From Phoronis australis (Eukaryota > Animalia > Phoronida): a DNA stretch of 64,000 nucleotides. Shown here one piece after another: positions 1-11,054 of this stretch. The number at the start of each line of letters is the position of its first letter. Positions within the stretch are counted from its first letter, which is position 1. Location: NCBI GenBank assembly GCA_002633005.1, contig NMRA01000612.1, positions 184,240 to 248,239 of the forward strand, read 5' to 3'. Both the position numbers and the translations under genes were made by a program. The notes beneath the pieces were generated by a model that was given only the letters and a program-made list of their open reading frames with translations, was not told the DNA's origin and searched no databases.

Positions 1-3000
1 TTTTACCATCCTGAAACATCCATGTCAGTACTATTGATTCAGTTTAAGCTAACAATTCAAGTTACTAGCATTAACTTCAACCTTTTAGAAAAGGCAAACT
101 ACCATTACACACTTACTCTAAGTGAAAGGACTACATAGTTTTGTGGGGTATTACCTTAGGTTTAGGAGCTCTGTGTCCTGTTGCAAGAAACAGTCTCATT
201 AGAGACTCAACTAGACTGTTTACTCACTAATGTTATGGTATTTTTCTATTACTTTATCTTTATTGTGAGCTACTCTTTAACAAATTGTATTTTCTATTGT
301 ATTTGAAAACTGAGCTCTTATTTTAATGAAAACAGATAAGCACTTAAATTAGGGATGTTGTATAAGAAGTGATTGTTTATTTTCAATAATTTTTAGAATT
401 CAAGGTAGAGTTTAATCTTAAGTCCACAAATGCATTGGAAATTTAGGCAGCATAGTTGAGTTCCTATTGGGACCTGTTTCATACAACCAGGCCTTGTACT
501 CTTACTTCAACAAGCAGTCATATCATTAGATACATAACTGTGACCTCATGAGATTCATTCAGCTTTCAACCTAATGACCCCAATAGCTTTGCTGGTTTGC
601 TGGTCATTTCTAATCTGAGTAACGAGCAAGATGAGACTGGTTATACAACACTAAGTTGCCTATGTCAAAAGTTGGTTCTTCACAGAAGGCTTATTGCTGA
701 TTCAAGTGGATAATGTCAGAGATATTGAAATTATCATTACTGGGATTATTAAGTGGAAAAGTGAAGGAAAGAAAAATTATTGTATGAACGTATCAAACTA
801 TACATTTCTGAGCCACAAATTAATGAGACTGATCACCAGCTGATGTTCAGTTTGCAGGGTGAAAAGTACCACATAGCCAGAACCAGTGATGGAGTAACTA
901 AGTCAGTGAATCATATCTAGTGCATTTTCACCTTAAGCGCTTCACAACTTCTACACGCTGTATATCTGATCAGAGCTTACCTATGTTATTCCCAACAACA
1001 AAAGTTCAGAAATTACAAGGATATCTACTTTCCTACAGTACAGCCGAAAATATTCAGACTAAATGACCCGTCCAATAAGTTGTGATTACTTACATCAGCG
1101 ACTGGCTTTAAGTCAAACTGTAGTGGCATCAGTGACAGACGTGAAGTTAAACTGTAGTGGCTTATTATTACACCAGTGACTGGCTTGAAGTTAAACTGTA
1201 ATGGCTTGTACTTACATCAGTGTCTGGCTTGTTCTTACATAGTGATTGGCTTGACGTGAAACTGTAATGGCTAGTATTTACATCAGTGACTGGCTTGAAG
1301 TCAAACTGTAGTGGCTTGTACTTACATCAGTGACTGGCTTGAAGTCAAACTGTAGTGGCTTGGTACCCGGTGATGACAACGCACTAGATGACTGGGAGTC
1401 CAATTGGGACATCAACCACTGTTGAGAAAATTTAGTCACATGTTATGGCATTGGTCAACCACTCTACAACTGAGTGTATACCAATAGAAAATATTCAATG
1501 CAAGGAAATGCAAGGCCATTAATTTTCTATTTTAAAATGAAAAGTTTTCCATTTCATATACAAATTCAGTTTCATTTCTGCTCACAACTTTATTTCTAAC
1601 GTTCTTCCAAAAATATGAAGAGACATGACTTTCTGGAAATGATTCAAAGGGCAGACTTTCCTCTACGATAAGATGTCCAATCCCTCTAAAGTTCTACGTC
1701 TGAAGCATCTTTCATTGTGATCAAAAGCCATTTTTCCAGAGTTTGCAATGCAATGCTAATGTCAATAACATTGCCACCCTCTCATCAATGCTGACCCCCC
1801 CCCTTCAGATGTCACCCAGCAACATATGCCCTCCCTTCTATGTCCTAGCTACGACGCTGTGGAAAATCTCTCTGCTTTCTGTTTGGGTAAAAACTAAAAA
1901 TGTCAAAAAATCAAAAGGAGAAGAAATTCCAGCTCAGCTAACTTTAAGACATTCTATGTTTCTTAACGCACTAACCTGATTTGGTGGAGGGGATGATGGA
2001 GTTAGTCGCTTTAGGGTGCTTCCAGGTGGCAGATCAGATGCAAATGGTTCATCTGCACAAACAGGTAACACTGGGTCAATGGTAATACAAACTGAGGAAA
2101 CGATATTTAATAAACAATAACGAAACAATGGACCACACTTTACATGAATCAACAGTCCAATAGCTCACATTGAACGATACGTATCAAGAGACATGTGCGA
2201 GCGAAATAAAATCGGACCCAAAATTAACACCATTAACAGTCTTTGAGTAAATTAACATGGTTACCGATGCTAAACAAAATGCCGTAATTCCGCTGCTAAA
2301 TTTGAAGACCGATCATGGGTTGGGTTTGAGAATCATGAAATACAGTGTAACCGCCTGGCGAATTTCTGTTTCTTCCTCCTACAGTACTCTTCTATCAAGC
2401 ATTACTGATAGTCTAGTCGCAAATGAGCAAAACCCCAAAATATATCACCTTAAATCACACAGCAGTAAAGTTGATACAAAAACTGTTGTGCAAAATCTGC
2501 ACTGGCACAGGTAACAATTATAGAATACTAAATTACTGTCATTAGAATAAATAATAGTCTTCAATGGAAATGATATCCTGCAAAAGCTTGAGTCCCTAAT
2601 GGGGGCAGTGTTGTTGTGCCATAAGAATAGCCAAGAAAGTCTAAAAAGTCGTACCAGAAAGAGGAGTATAGGGCATGAGGGAAGGCGGCAGGTGGCCAGG
2701 CAGCTCTATATCATTCCGGCGTAACACAACAAGGTGCATGGCTGTACAGAACTCCTCCAGTGACAAGGCTCCATCACGATTCATGTCGGATAACTGCCAG
2801 ATTTTGGAGAGCTCAAATAACGGCAGTCTGGATTTCTCAAAAAACTCTTTCGCAACAACCCCTGTAACAGTGATGTCATCACCATAAAAGGAAGCCAGCA
2901 TGACATTCTCACAGTTTACACATCACATTAGCACAGTTATCACATTAGCACAGTTATCACATTAGCACAGTTATCACATTAGCACAGTTATCACATTAGC

Positions 3001-6000
3001 ACAGTTATCACATTAGCACAGTTAAAGTTGAAATTGTTTCAAGGAAATTGTGAGAGTTAAGCTGAGCATGGGCATTTAAAGTGAAAATTTGGGAATTTTG
3101 TGGGTGGATGGTAAACCGAACATGAGAGTTAACCTGGAAAAGGAACAGTAAATGAGTGTCAGGCCCTAGTCTCTAACCCAGAGGTCTACTGTATTTATGC
3201 AGTTAAACAATGAATGAACGGTTGACTACAGTACACTATCAGAAAGTATGTGAATTAGTTTTGATACACAAAAAAGTTGTGATAACATGTTATTATACCA
3301 CAATATTAGCCTCGAATGGCAGATACAACCGTGTAATAACCCATAAGTTATCTCACTAGTGAGATAACATTTTGGCGGGAAACCGAGGCCGGATTCGAAC
3401 CCGGGCCTCAAGAGTTTCGAGTCGCCGACTTTACCACTACACCACTCAGCGGCTGACGTCATTGAACGTGAAAATAGAATACTTAAATGAGCACGCGCAA
3501 CAATCGCATGTTCAGCAAAGGGCATTGCACCGACATTTATACGCTATGAAAAATAATACGCATAATTTCCATAAAAACGATATTTTAATTCAGCGAAATT
3601 TTTCTCTCGTGTTCTCTCACTTGTAAATCACCGATCTCCAATTTGAATATGGGTATCGTGTCGTCGGGATCCTTTCACTTGAGTATTATAGTCAGTTACT
3701 AGTGATGAGTGGTAACCTACTTTAGCAGACGATATTTTCCAGGTCGAAGCTTAGCGAGATAAAATGTGTAGTAAGCTACAATAGTTGCTAAACCTTAGTT
3801 TATAGATTCACTTTATTTCTATTTTGTTCAAATTTTCAATTGGTTCTGAGTAAAAGTATTATTTGACAAAAATAGCTCGGCTTTTCTTAAAAGGTCACAA
3901 CCTCCGATCCCTGGCCTCTGACAGAGAAAGTAGTTACAAAGCCGAGACGAGTCGAGAAAGGTAGATTCATTCATTGCAATGTTTCTCGGAGAATTATCAC
4001 CCTCGGGGCTAATGCCCCTCGGGTTACAATTCTCCAAAATCCACTCGGGCTCTAGATAACGGGGGATAACGACTTCGCCATGTAATAATCTATATTTATT
4101 TCAACTGGCAATTATTTATAAATGTTTATAACATGTTTTGGAATGAACAAGAATGGTTTCTGGCAACATCAAAATTGCTGTACACTGTATTCACATGTCA
4201 AGATCAAGTTTCTTAACACAGGCATATTCGCTCTTCCAAAGCAATGTCTTCGTAACCTTATCCTTAGCTCAATTTGAAATTGCTTGCATTAAACACCCGC
4301 AACTCCAACACCCGATGGCTATAGCTTCAGCGGCTGAAACTAACTGGGCGTGACAAGCAAACTTGATGAGGCAGCCTGAAGCAATAATATCCTGTCAGTT
4401 CTTCTCAAGTCTTGAAATTATTACTTAAATCTGTGTAAGGAACAAGACAAGACAAGACTGATTTTATGATGGTAAGTGGCTTAAATCAAAAGTTGTTTTT
4501 TTAGACACAAGGCACAGGTTTATCACACCACTAACATTTGGATCTGGTTAATGTTGTGGTTCATATTCGCTGTGTTTCTGTTTACTACAGTCATGATACA
4601 ATGAAAATCAACCACTTAACATTCATTCTTCAGACCAAAAGATTCAACAGGCTGTTATGAGAAAGAAATGACTAGACATATTTTCAGTTGGCATATAAAT
4701 ACACTAAAACTCACGTCATTCAGGTAAGTGAAATCTTCACTTAAGTTGGACATTACCTGTCACTGAAGATGACTTTTACCTCCTTAATGTAAAATATCTC
4801 GGTCTTACTAGATCGGACTTAACCAATAAAACAAACAAAAGACGGTCACCTGATATGACTCCACTCAAGTCTGGCTGCATGCTAGTGAACTGATTCACAT
4901 AATACTCTCTTTGTTCTTCACTTATTGTCCAGATGTCCGTCTCACTCTCTGCATCTGAGCACGTGGAACTGACTGAAGATGTGTCTACCTTGGAACCATC
5001 TTGGAAGTTGGCCCACTCCTTATCACTACGCTTGCCAGTGCCCAGAAGACCTTGGAAAACACATCCGCACAACACATGAGAGAAGACAACAGCCATCACA
5101 GCTTCTTTATACAGAATGAACCCCCCCCNNNNNNNNNNNNNNNNNNNNNNNNNNNNNNNNNNNNNNNNNNNNNNNNNNNNNNNNNNNNNNNNNNNNNNNN
5201 NNNNNNNNNNNNNNNNNNNNNNNNNNNNNNNNNNNNNNNNNNNNNNNNNNNNNNNNNNNNNNNNNNNNNNNNNNNNNNNNNNNNNNNNNNNNNNNNNNNN
5301 NNNNNNNNNNNNNNNNNNNNNNNNNNNNNNNNNNNNNNNNNNNNNNNNNNNNNNNNNNNNNNNNNNNNNNNNNNNNNNNNNNNNNNNNNNNNNNNNNNNN
5401 NNNNNNNNNNNNNNNNNNNNNNNNNNNNNNNNNNNNNNNNNNNNNNNNNNNNNNNNNNNNNNNNNNNNNNNNNNNNNNNNNNNNNNNNNNNNNNNNNNNN
5501 NNNNNNNNNNNNNNNNNNNNNNNNNNNNNNNNNNNNNNNNNNNNNNNNNNNNNNNNNNNNNNNNNNNNNNNNNNNNNNNNNNNNNNNNNNNNNNNNNNNN
5601 NNNNNNNNNNNNNNNNNNNNNNNNNNNNNNNNNNNNNNNNNNNNNNNNNNNNNNNNNNNNNNNNNNNNNNNNNNNNNNNNNNNNNNNNNNNNNNNNNNNN
5701 NNNNNNNNNNNNNNNNNNNNNNNNNNNNNNNNNNNNNNNNNNNNNNNNNNNNNNNNNNNNNNNNNNNNNNNNNNNNNNNNNNNNNNNNNNNNNNNNNNNN
5801 NNNNNNNNNNNNNNNNNNNNNNNNNNNNNNNNNNNNNNNNNNNNNNNNNNNNNNNNNNNNATAATTTTGAGACAGATTAGTTGTTATTACCTGACTAGAA
5901 TGGATGACTGTGTCAGATGGTTGAACAGTGATGTTCCGTGAGCCTGAAAGGCTGCGAACATGATGTTTTGTGGGGGGTGGGGGAATCTGCACGCTGCCAG

Positions 6001-9000
6001 GAGGCGCCACTGTACCACCATTCCTGTATAAGCATAAAACATGTAACTATTAGCAAACATAATCCATGTAATCCATTATCAACCTCCATGAAAGTTTTTA
6101 ACTGTCCATTTTCAACTCGTACAAGTTTGCATTTTATGGATTCTCGATGATCACACCTTGGTTTATGATCATGACATAATTTATGTGAAAATTGTTTTTT
6201 TTTGCTTAAAATGAATGTCTAAATAACCTCAATGCAAGGAAAGGAGTCTCAGAGATTTTTTAATTACCCTCGAATAACAGATAAAAGCAATGTCCTAAGT
6301 CTTCGCTATTGACAGCCAATATCTCCGCTGTGTGGTCAAGGAGAATCCTAAATTTGTGGAACGGTTCCTTCAGCCAAAGACCAAAAAATGAGCCTGCAAA
6401 TTGTATGTGAATCAATGCACTAAACAGAAAAGAATCTTCAGAGAGTGCTGACAGTGCTGAAAGTCAGAAGGCCTGAAAACAGCTATTTGAGATCCATCAA
6501 TACAAGTTGCTTAAAGCAACTCTCATATCTTGCACACCAATGACGCCACTGTTTAAAGAAATGTTATGGACAGCAATGGAAAATAAAGATATAGTTTTTA
6601 TTATATAATACGCGAACTTTGCATTTCTGAAAAGAAAACCTACAAAGGTTGCCATTTAATGCCATTTAAGATAAGGTTACGTGAAAACTAACCAGTTCTT
6701 GTTAATAATACCAGCTAACTCCCTTAACTTCTCACTCTCAACACCATGACAAAACAACTTATCCGTTAGGCTTTGTTGTTTTGCATGTGACCAGTAATAA
6801 GGTCAAGATTTCTGCTTAGACTGCGACTCGAAAGGGATTTCCAGCAATGTGCACTAACACTTTAGACACTGAGCTATTGGGATTGAAAGTTAGACACAGA
6901 AATCCAATCAGACTTTTGGAAGGCCTCCAAATTGTGCGTGCACCTGAATATGCTATTGTAATTCAGTGATTCGATGTTGCTATAACAACCATTACTAGTC
7001 TTCACTCAGACCAGCTTTTTTGTCACATCATGTGACCTGAAATAATTTCAGGTCCAACTAGTGCTGAAACGCAGAATTTCCTGCAGCCCGAGCAGTCTAA
7101 CAGTTCCATCTCGAGTGAATTTGTTTCAAGTTACCAATTGCTTATGATTTAAATGTTTTCATTTGGTAGTCTTAGCTTTTCTTCTTTAAATCCCATACAC
7201 TAGAATTTCAAAAATCCACAGAGGGTTTACATATAACGTAACACAACTGTCAAAATCTAAAGTATGAAAATGTGCATTAAGAAAAAATTACTAAAAGAAC
7301 ACTAGTTAAAAATTGTAATCATCAAAGTAGATTGATGTCATCAAGAATTAAATTATACTTACCTATCCACAGGATTTAGTGTTTTCTGTATTTCTGGAAG
7401 AAAATGCAGGACATTAATGCTTTGATGTGATTTTAAAATAATTTGCAAGCCACTGCACATTAAATTGACTCACCAAAGAAAAATCAGTCTTAGACATCAT
7501 TAAACGTGCCTGCATGCTAAATAACATTTGAAACTTGGTTTTGCAAGAATTTGTCTCAGGTTGGCAGCAGTTTTTCACATTCAGAAAATGAGCAACAGAC
7601 GAGCCATACATATCGAGTACACAGGACAGACAGACAGGCAGGCAGGCAGACACACAGAAGGTCCAGGTGGTAAATGCTGACACAAAACAAGAAATACAAA
7701 ACCACAAAAAAGGACCTACCTGTATTTGGCAAATGAGCAAATTTTGGCAGGGGTATATCAGTGCCTGAAAAGAAGAGAGCATAGCTACATCAGTGAGTGT
7801 TAACGTATATCTTTTCAAGTTTTCTTCAATACAGATGAAAGAGTTACTGAATACAGTACATGCCAAAAATAGGAAAACGGAATGATACGCAATTCCATGT
7901 CATAATGACTGACCACAAATGGAGTTTCCAGTAATGACGGAAAAATGCAATCAGAATTCACAATTAGAGTAGCTGGAAAGGCGAGGGTTTAGAATGCCCA
8001 ATGACAAAAAAGAGGAAAAAACTCCGGGTGATGCATCGTTCCACAAATAAATAGGATTGTGTGATAGAAATAATTTTTGTGTTGTAAAATTTAACAGAAA
8101 TAAAGTTTTTGCATGATTAAAGTCAAAATAGTGATAAAAAGAGATGAAAACAGGAAACTGGAAATCAAAAAGAGGAAACTGAAACCAAAAAAGAGGAAAT
8201 TCTCTTAAAAGAGGAAAATTCTAAATTCTGAATGGCAAGACATGACAAACTAAGACTTGTCATGATGAAACAGATTTTTGTCAGGACAATAGTTTTGACA
8301 AGTACTGTAACACCACCAGTTCCAGCATTAACAGCAGCCTTTTTAACATACAATTGAATATATATACGGTACTGCATTATGCAGCAGTCAGCATACCAAG
8401 CCAATATAACTTAGACAACAAGATAACAAAATGCTATGACTTGGAAAGAAATGCAAAAATGAAATGTAGTAAATCTTCCAAGCACTTCTAGATTGCAGAC
8501 TTTATGTCTAGTTTGAAAAATTGTGAAAATTGTGTTATTCCTAGGAAGACTATCACTTGTAACAGACTATACAAGGTTTGTGTACTCAACACCAATAACT
8601 TTCAAGAAAGATTCTCAAGCAAATATTCACAAAATCTAGATATCCTTCAGCCTAACCCTGATAAAACTGTTTTTGTTGTAAATTTCTCAGATAATTTTCT
8701 TTTGATTAGCCAGAGATACAAAAAATATTTCTAACCCACTTTTGACCATCAAAAACTTATGTTTAATTAATGAGAAAGGTAGATAAACACACAATAAAGT
8801 AAACTGGATTACAAATATATTGACATGACAATGGACTACAAAAATCTATACCTTGATTGAAGACCTCAAACTTTAACGGAAGCCCAGACTGAGCTACGGC
8901 TATTAACTTCAAAGCAACATAGAATTGACTGCGACCAAAATGGCCAAGCCGCTGAGCACCGCATAGTTCAGTTATCTGAAACAGAAAACAAAAATGCATG

Positions 9001-11054
9001 GAGAAAACCCGCTTAAGCTTCTACGTAAATGTGAACACTTACTTTTACACATCTCTAAGAACATACCAGAGATCAAAATGTTGAGCAGGTGACAAGCTTA
9101 TGCTACCTATTCAAACATAATAATCAATACAATATAACAATGTGTTGCTTGAGGGCAAATGTACGGTACAAATCGTGATTTTTAATGTAAAATCTAGTGT
9201 CTGTAATATGTGTGATAAACAAATGAATAACTGAACACCATACCTCATACCAATGAAAAACAGCATCCAAAAAATATCAAGTCACAAATAAGAAATTACA
9301 GTGAACAACAGAGATTTATTTAGACAGAAAAGTACAGTTTTAAATGAATTTCAAATTTAGATTCTAAGATTTAAAAATAAATTTATTGTTAATAAGGACA
9401 TTTTAAAAATTTCTGAGATATTTGTAGTTATTTGATTTAATTGTACAGTGTTCTCGCTCATATACGGTAGGCGCTTCATACACTGGAAGCTTTCCCGTGA
9501 ATTATGCCTCACGCTGATTAAAATATCAAAGTCATGTTGTTATAAGTACCTTCTGCGCATAAAGAGAGTCCTTAGGAGGCCATCGATGTCTTTAATTCCT
9601 TCCAACTCCAATAAATACTCCCATAATCAAACTTTTTCTTCCAGCAGTCCTTCGTTCAGTTGCCCAAATCAGCCCAATCAGACCAATTTTATATAACAGG
9701 CCCTCCTATTTTTACTGTGCGCCAGGTGCGCCAGAGTGTACGCAGTGTTAAAAGTGGCCAATTGCCGATTTGGGCCACAGAACGAAGGACTGCTCAAAGA
9801 AAAAGTTTGATTACGGTAGTATTAGTCAGAGTTAGAAGGAATTAAAGACACCGACAGCCTGCTAAGGTGTTCCTCTATGTGCAAAGGGTACTTACAACAA
9901 CGTGACTTTGATCTTTTAATCAGTATGAGACATAATTCACCGAAAAAGCATCCACATACAGGAGCTTCACTGTCTCTACTGGAGCCAGCAAAAGGCGGAG
10001 GTCACTGTCCACAATTTCACTTCAGTGTGATTTCCAACCATTGTTTATGGGTTAGTTTAGAGATAGGCAACACGTAGCCCCTCGGTTGGCCAGTTAGGGA
10101 CTACAATACCTCCCATCGCTTTCTGTACGCATTTCGTTCCATTATTTTAAGCGGGCGGTAGGCCAAATTCGTGCGATTTTGAGTTTTCACCTCGTCAAAA
10201 CTACATTCTACACTCAAAACTACCACTTAAAAATGAGCTTACTTTCTTCAGTAATCCTTTCTGCTTCTACACATATCTTCCATGAAGGTGACTTTGGAGA
10301 AGAATTCCAACTCCACTTTATGGTCACCGTTAACTTTTTCACCTCGCGCGCCATAATCACAAAATATTTCAACTGAGTCACGTGAGTAAGGCAAAGGCTA
10401 GCGCGAGACTGAGCAAAGCGCGTGACCTGGCTTGTGACACTTGCAAAATAGCATGGGAAGATATCAGGTGGAATTTGTGAGTTTTGTGTCCCTTGTTCGT
10501 TAATAAGCGTGATTTCTTGCAACTTCCTCAAAATGGCACCCAGTGAGAGAAACTCAAGCAAACCGCGACAGATTTTCATGGATGTTCAAGTTCTGTTGAC
10601 TAAATTGTATTCAGAGTCATGGTATGTGTTATTATAACTCCATGTGCATTTATGCATGTTTCATTCGATTTTATTTGCTGTGTTGAGGAAGTGCTGCTCA
10701 TATATGATTCACCGGAAGCACTTTCACAACAGCTGCATTTTGAAATGCGTAAGTTTTTATGGGGATGTACTATCGCCCCTGTATGCCTGCGGCATCCAGG
10801 GCGATGGATAATTGCCTAGTTACTTATTAGAGGCTAACCCTGCAAGACCTCCGCAAAAAACGGAAATATGAACAAGTAATTTAACTTGAATTTTAACAGT
10901 TTACCTGCTGTTGAGTATCTGGAACAAGACCAGATGCACGAAACAGCTCCGATGCTTTTGCCCAAGAAACTTTGCCGGTAGATTCGGTGTCGCAGAGGTG
11001 AAACAGATCAGAATACGCCCTCTGTTCCTGATCGGTTAACTTTAGAGTTTCCAT
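1..11054 (-). CDS. REPS1: RalBP1-associated Eps (EH) domain protein, REPS1/2-like; multi-exon, 3' end outside the window
   Basis: Exons 11054-10905, 8975-8852, 7764-7720, 7393-7363, 6023-5891, [gap], 5050-4850, 2861-2655, 2052-1976, 1418-1326 and probably one starting at 10. N-terminal EH-like region ([18 protein letters not shown]...[33 protein letters not shown]) and central EH domain ([15 protein letters not shown]...[29 protein letters not shown]) match the REPS family; all junctions GT-AG. Confidence 0.92.
1087..1361. repeat. ~44-bp tandem repeat (about 6 copies) made of a REPS1 exon end plus splice donor
   Basis: Unit GTACTTACATCAGTGACTGGCTTGAAGTCAAACTGTAGTGGCTT, increasingly degenerate away from the exon. 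Confidence 0.9.
1326..1418 (-). CDS. REPS1: REPS1 exon
   Basis: [31 protein letters not shown]; caacag acceptor, GTAAGT donor; 93 nt. Confidence 0.75.
1976..2052 (-). CDS. REPS1: REPS1 exon
   Basis: [26 protein letters not shown]; phase 1 in, phase 0 out, consistent with neighbours. Confidence 0.8.
2655..2861 (-). CDS. REPS1: REPS1 exon, EH/EF-hand core
   Basis: [64 protein letters not shown]. Confidence 0.95.
2922..3024. repeat. 17-bp minisatellite, 6 copies
   Basis: (CACATTAGCACAGTTAT)n, essentially perfect. Confidence 0.95.
3382..3450 (-). mobile_element. tRNA-derived SINE head or pseudo-tRNA
   Basis: A box TGGTGTAGTGG and B box GGTTCGAATCC at tRNA spacing; anticodon stem does not pair. 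Confidence 0.7.
4850..5050 (-). CDS. REPS1: REPS1 exon, start of central EH domain
   Basis: [16 protein letters not shown]...[29 protein letters not shown]. Confidence 0.9.
5129..5860. other. assembly gap (N run)
   Basis: 732 Ns inside a REPS1 intron. Confidence 1.
5891..6023 (-). CDS. REPS1: REPS1 proline-rich exon
   Basis: [27 protein letters not shown]...SSQ; AG/GT bounded. Confidence 0.8.
7363..7393 (-). CDS. REPS1: REPS1 micro-exon (31 nt)
   Basis: tttcttccag acceptor, GTAAGT donor; converts phase 1 to the phase 2 the next exon needs ([11 protein letters not shown]). Confidence 0.7.
7720..7764 (-). CDS. REPS1: REPS1 exon 3 (45 nt)
   Basis: [15 protein letters not shown] resembles the REPS 'DLPLPRF' motif; phase 1-1. 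Confidence 0.85.
8852..8975 (-). CDS. REPS1: REPS1 exon 2
   Basis: [41 protein letters not shown]; tttcag acceptor, GTATAG donor. Confidence 0.92.
10905..11054 (-). CDS. REPS1: REPS1 exon 1
   Basis: [50 protein letters not shown], then GTAAAC donor; 150 nt, phase 0. Confidence 0.9.

Noticed and set aside
1087-1361. CRISPR-like array
   Set aside because: Contiguous tandem units without unique spacers, eukaryotic context, no cas genes; the same applies to 36787-37043.
3382-3450. Functional tRNA gene
   Set aside because: Anticodon stem cannot pair and the T and acceptor stems are imperfect; better read as a SINE head.
5001-5880. Long ORFs in the ORF track
   Set aside because: They are artefacts of translating through the N gap.
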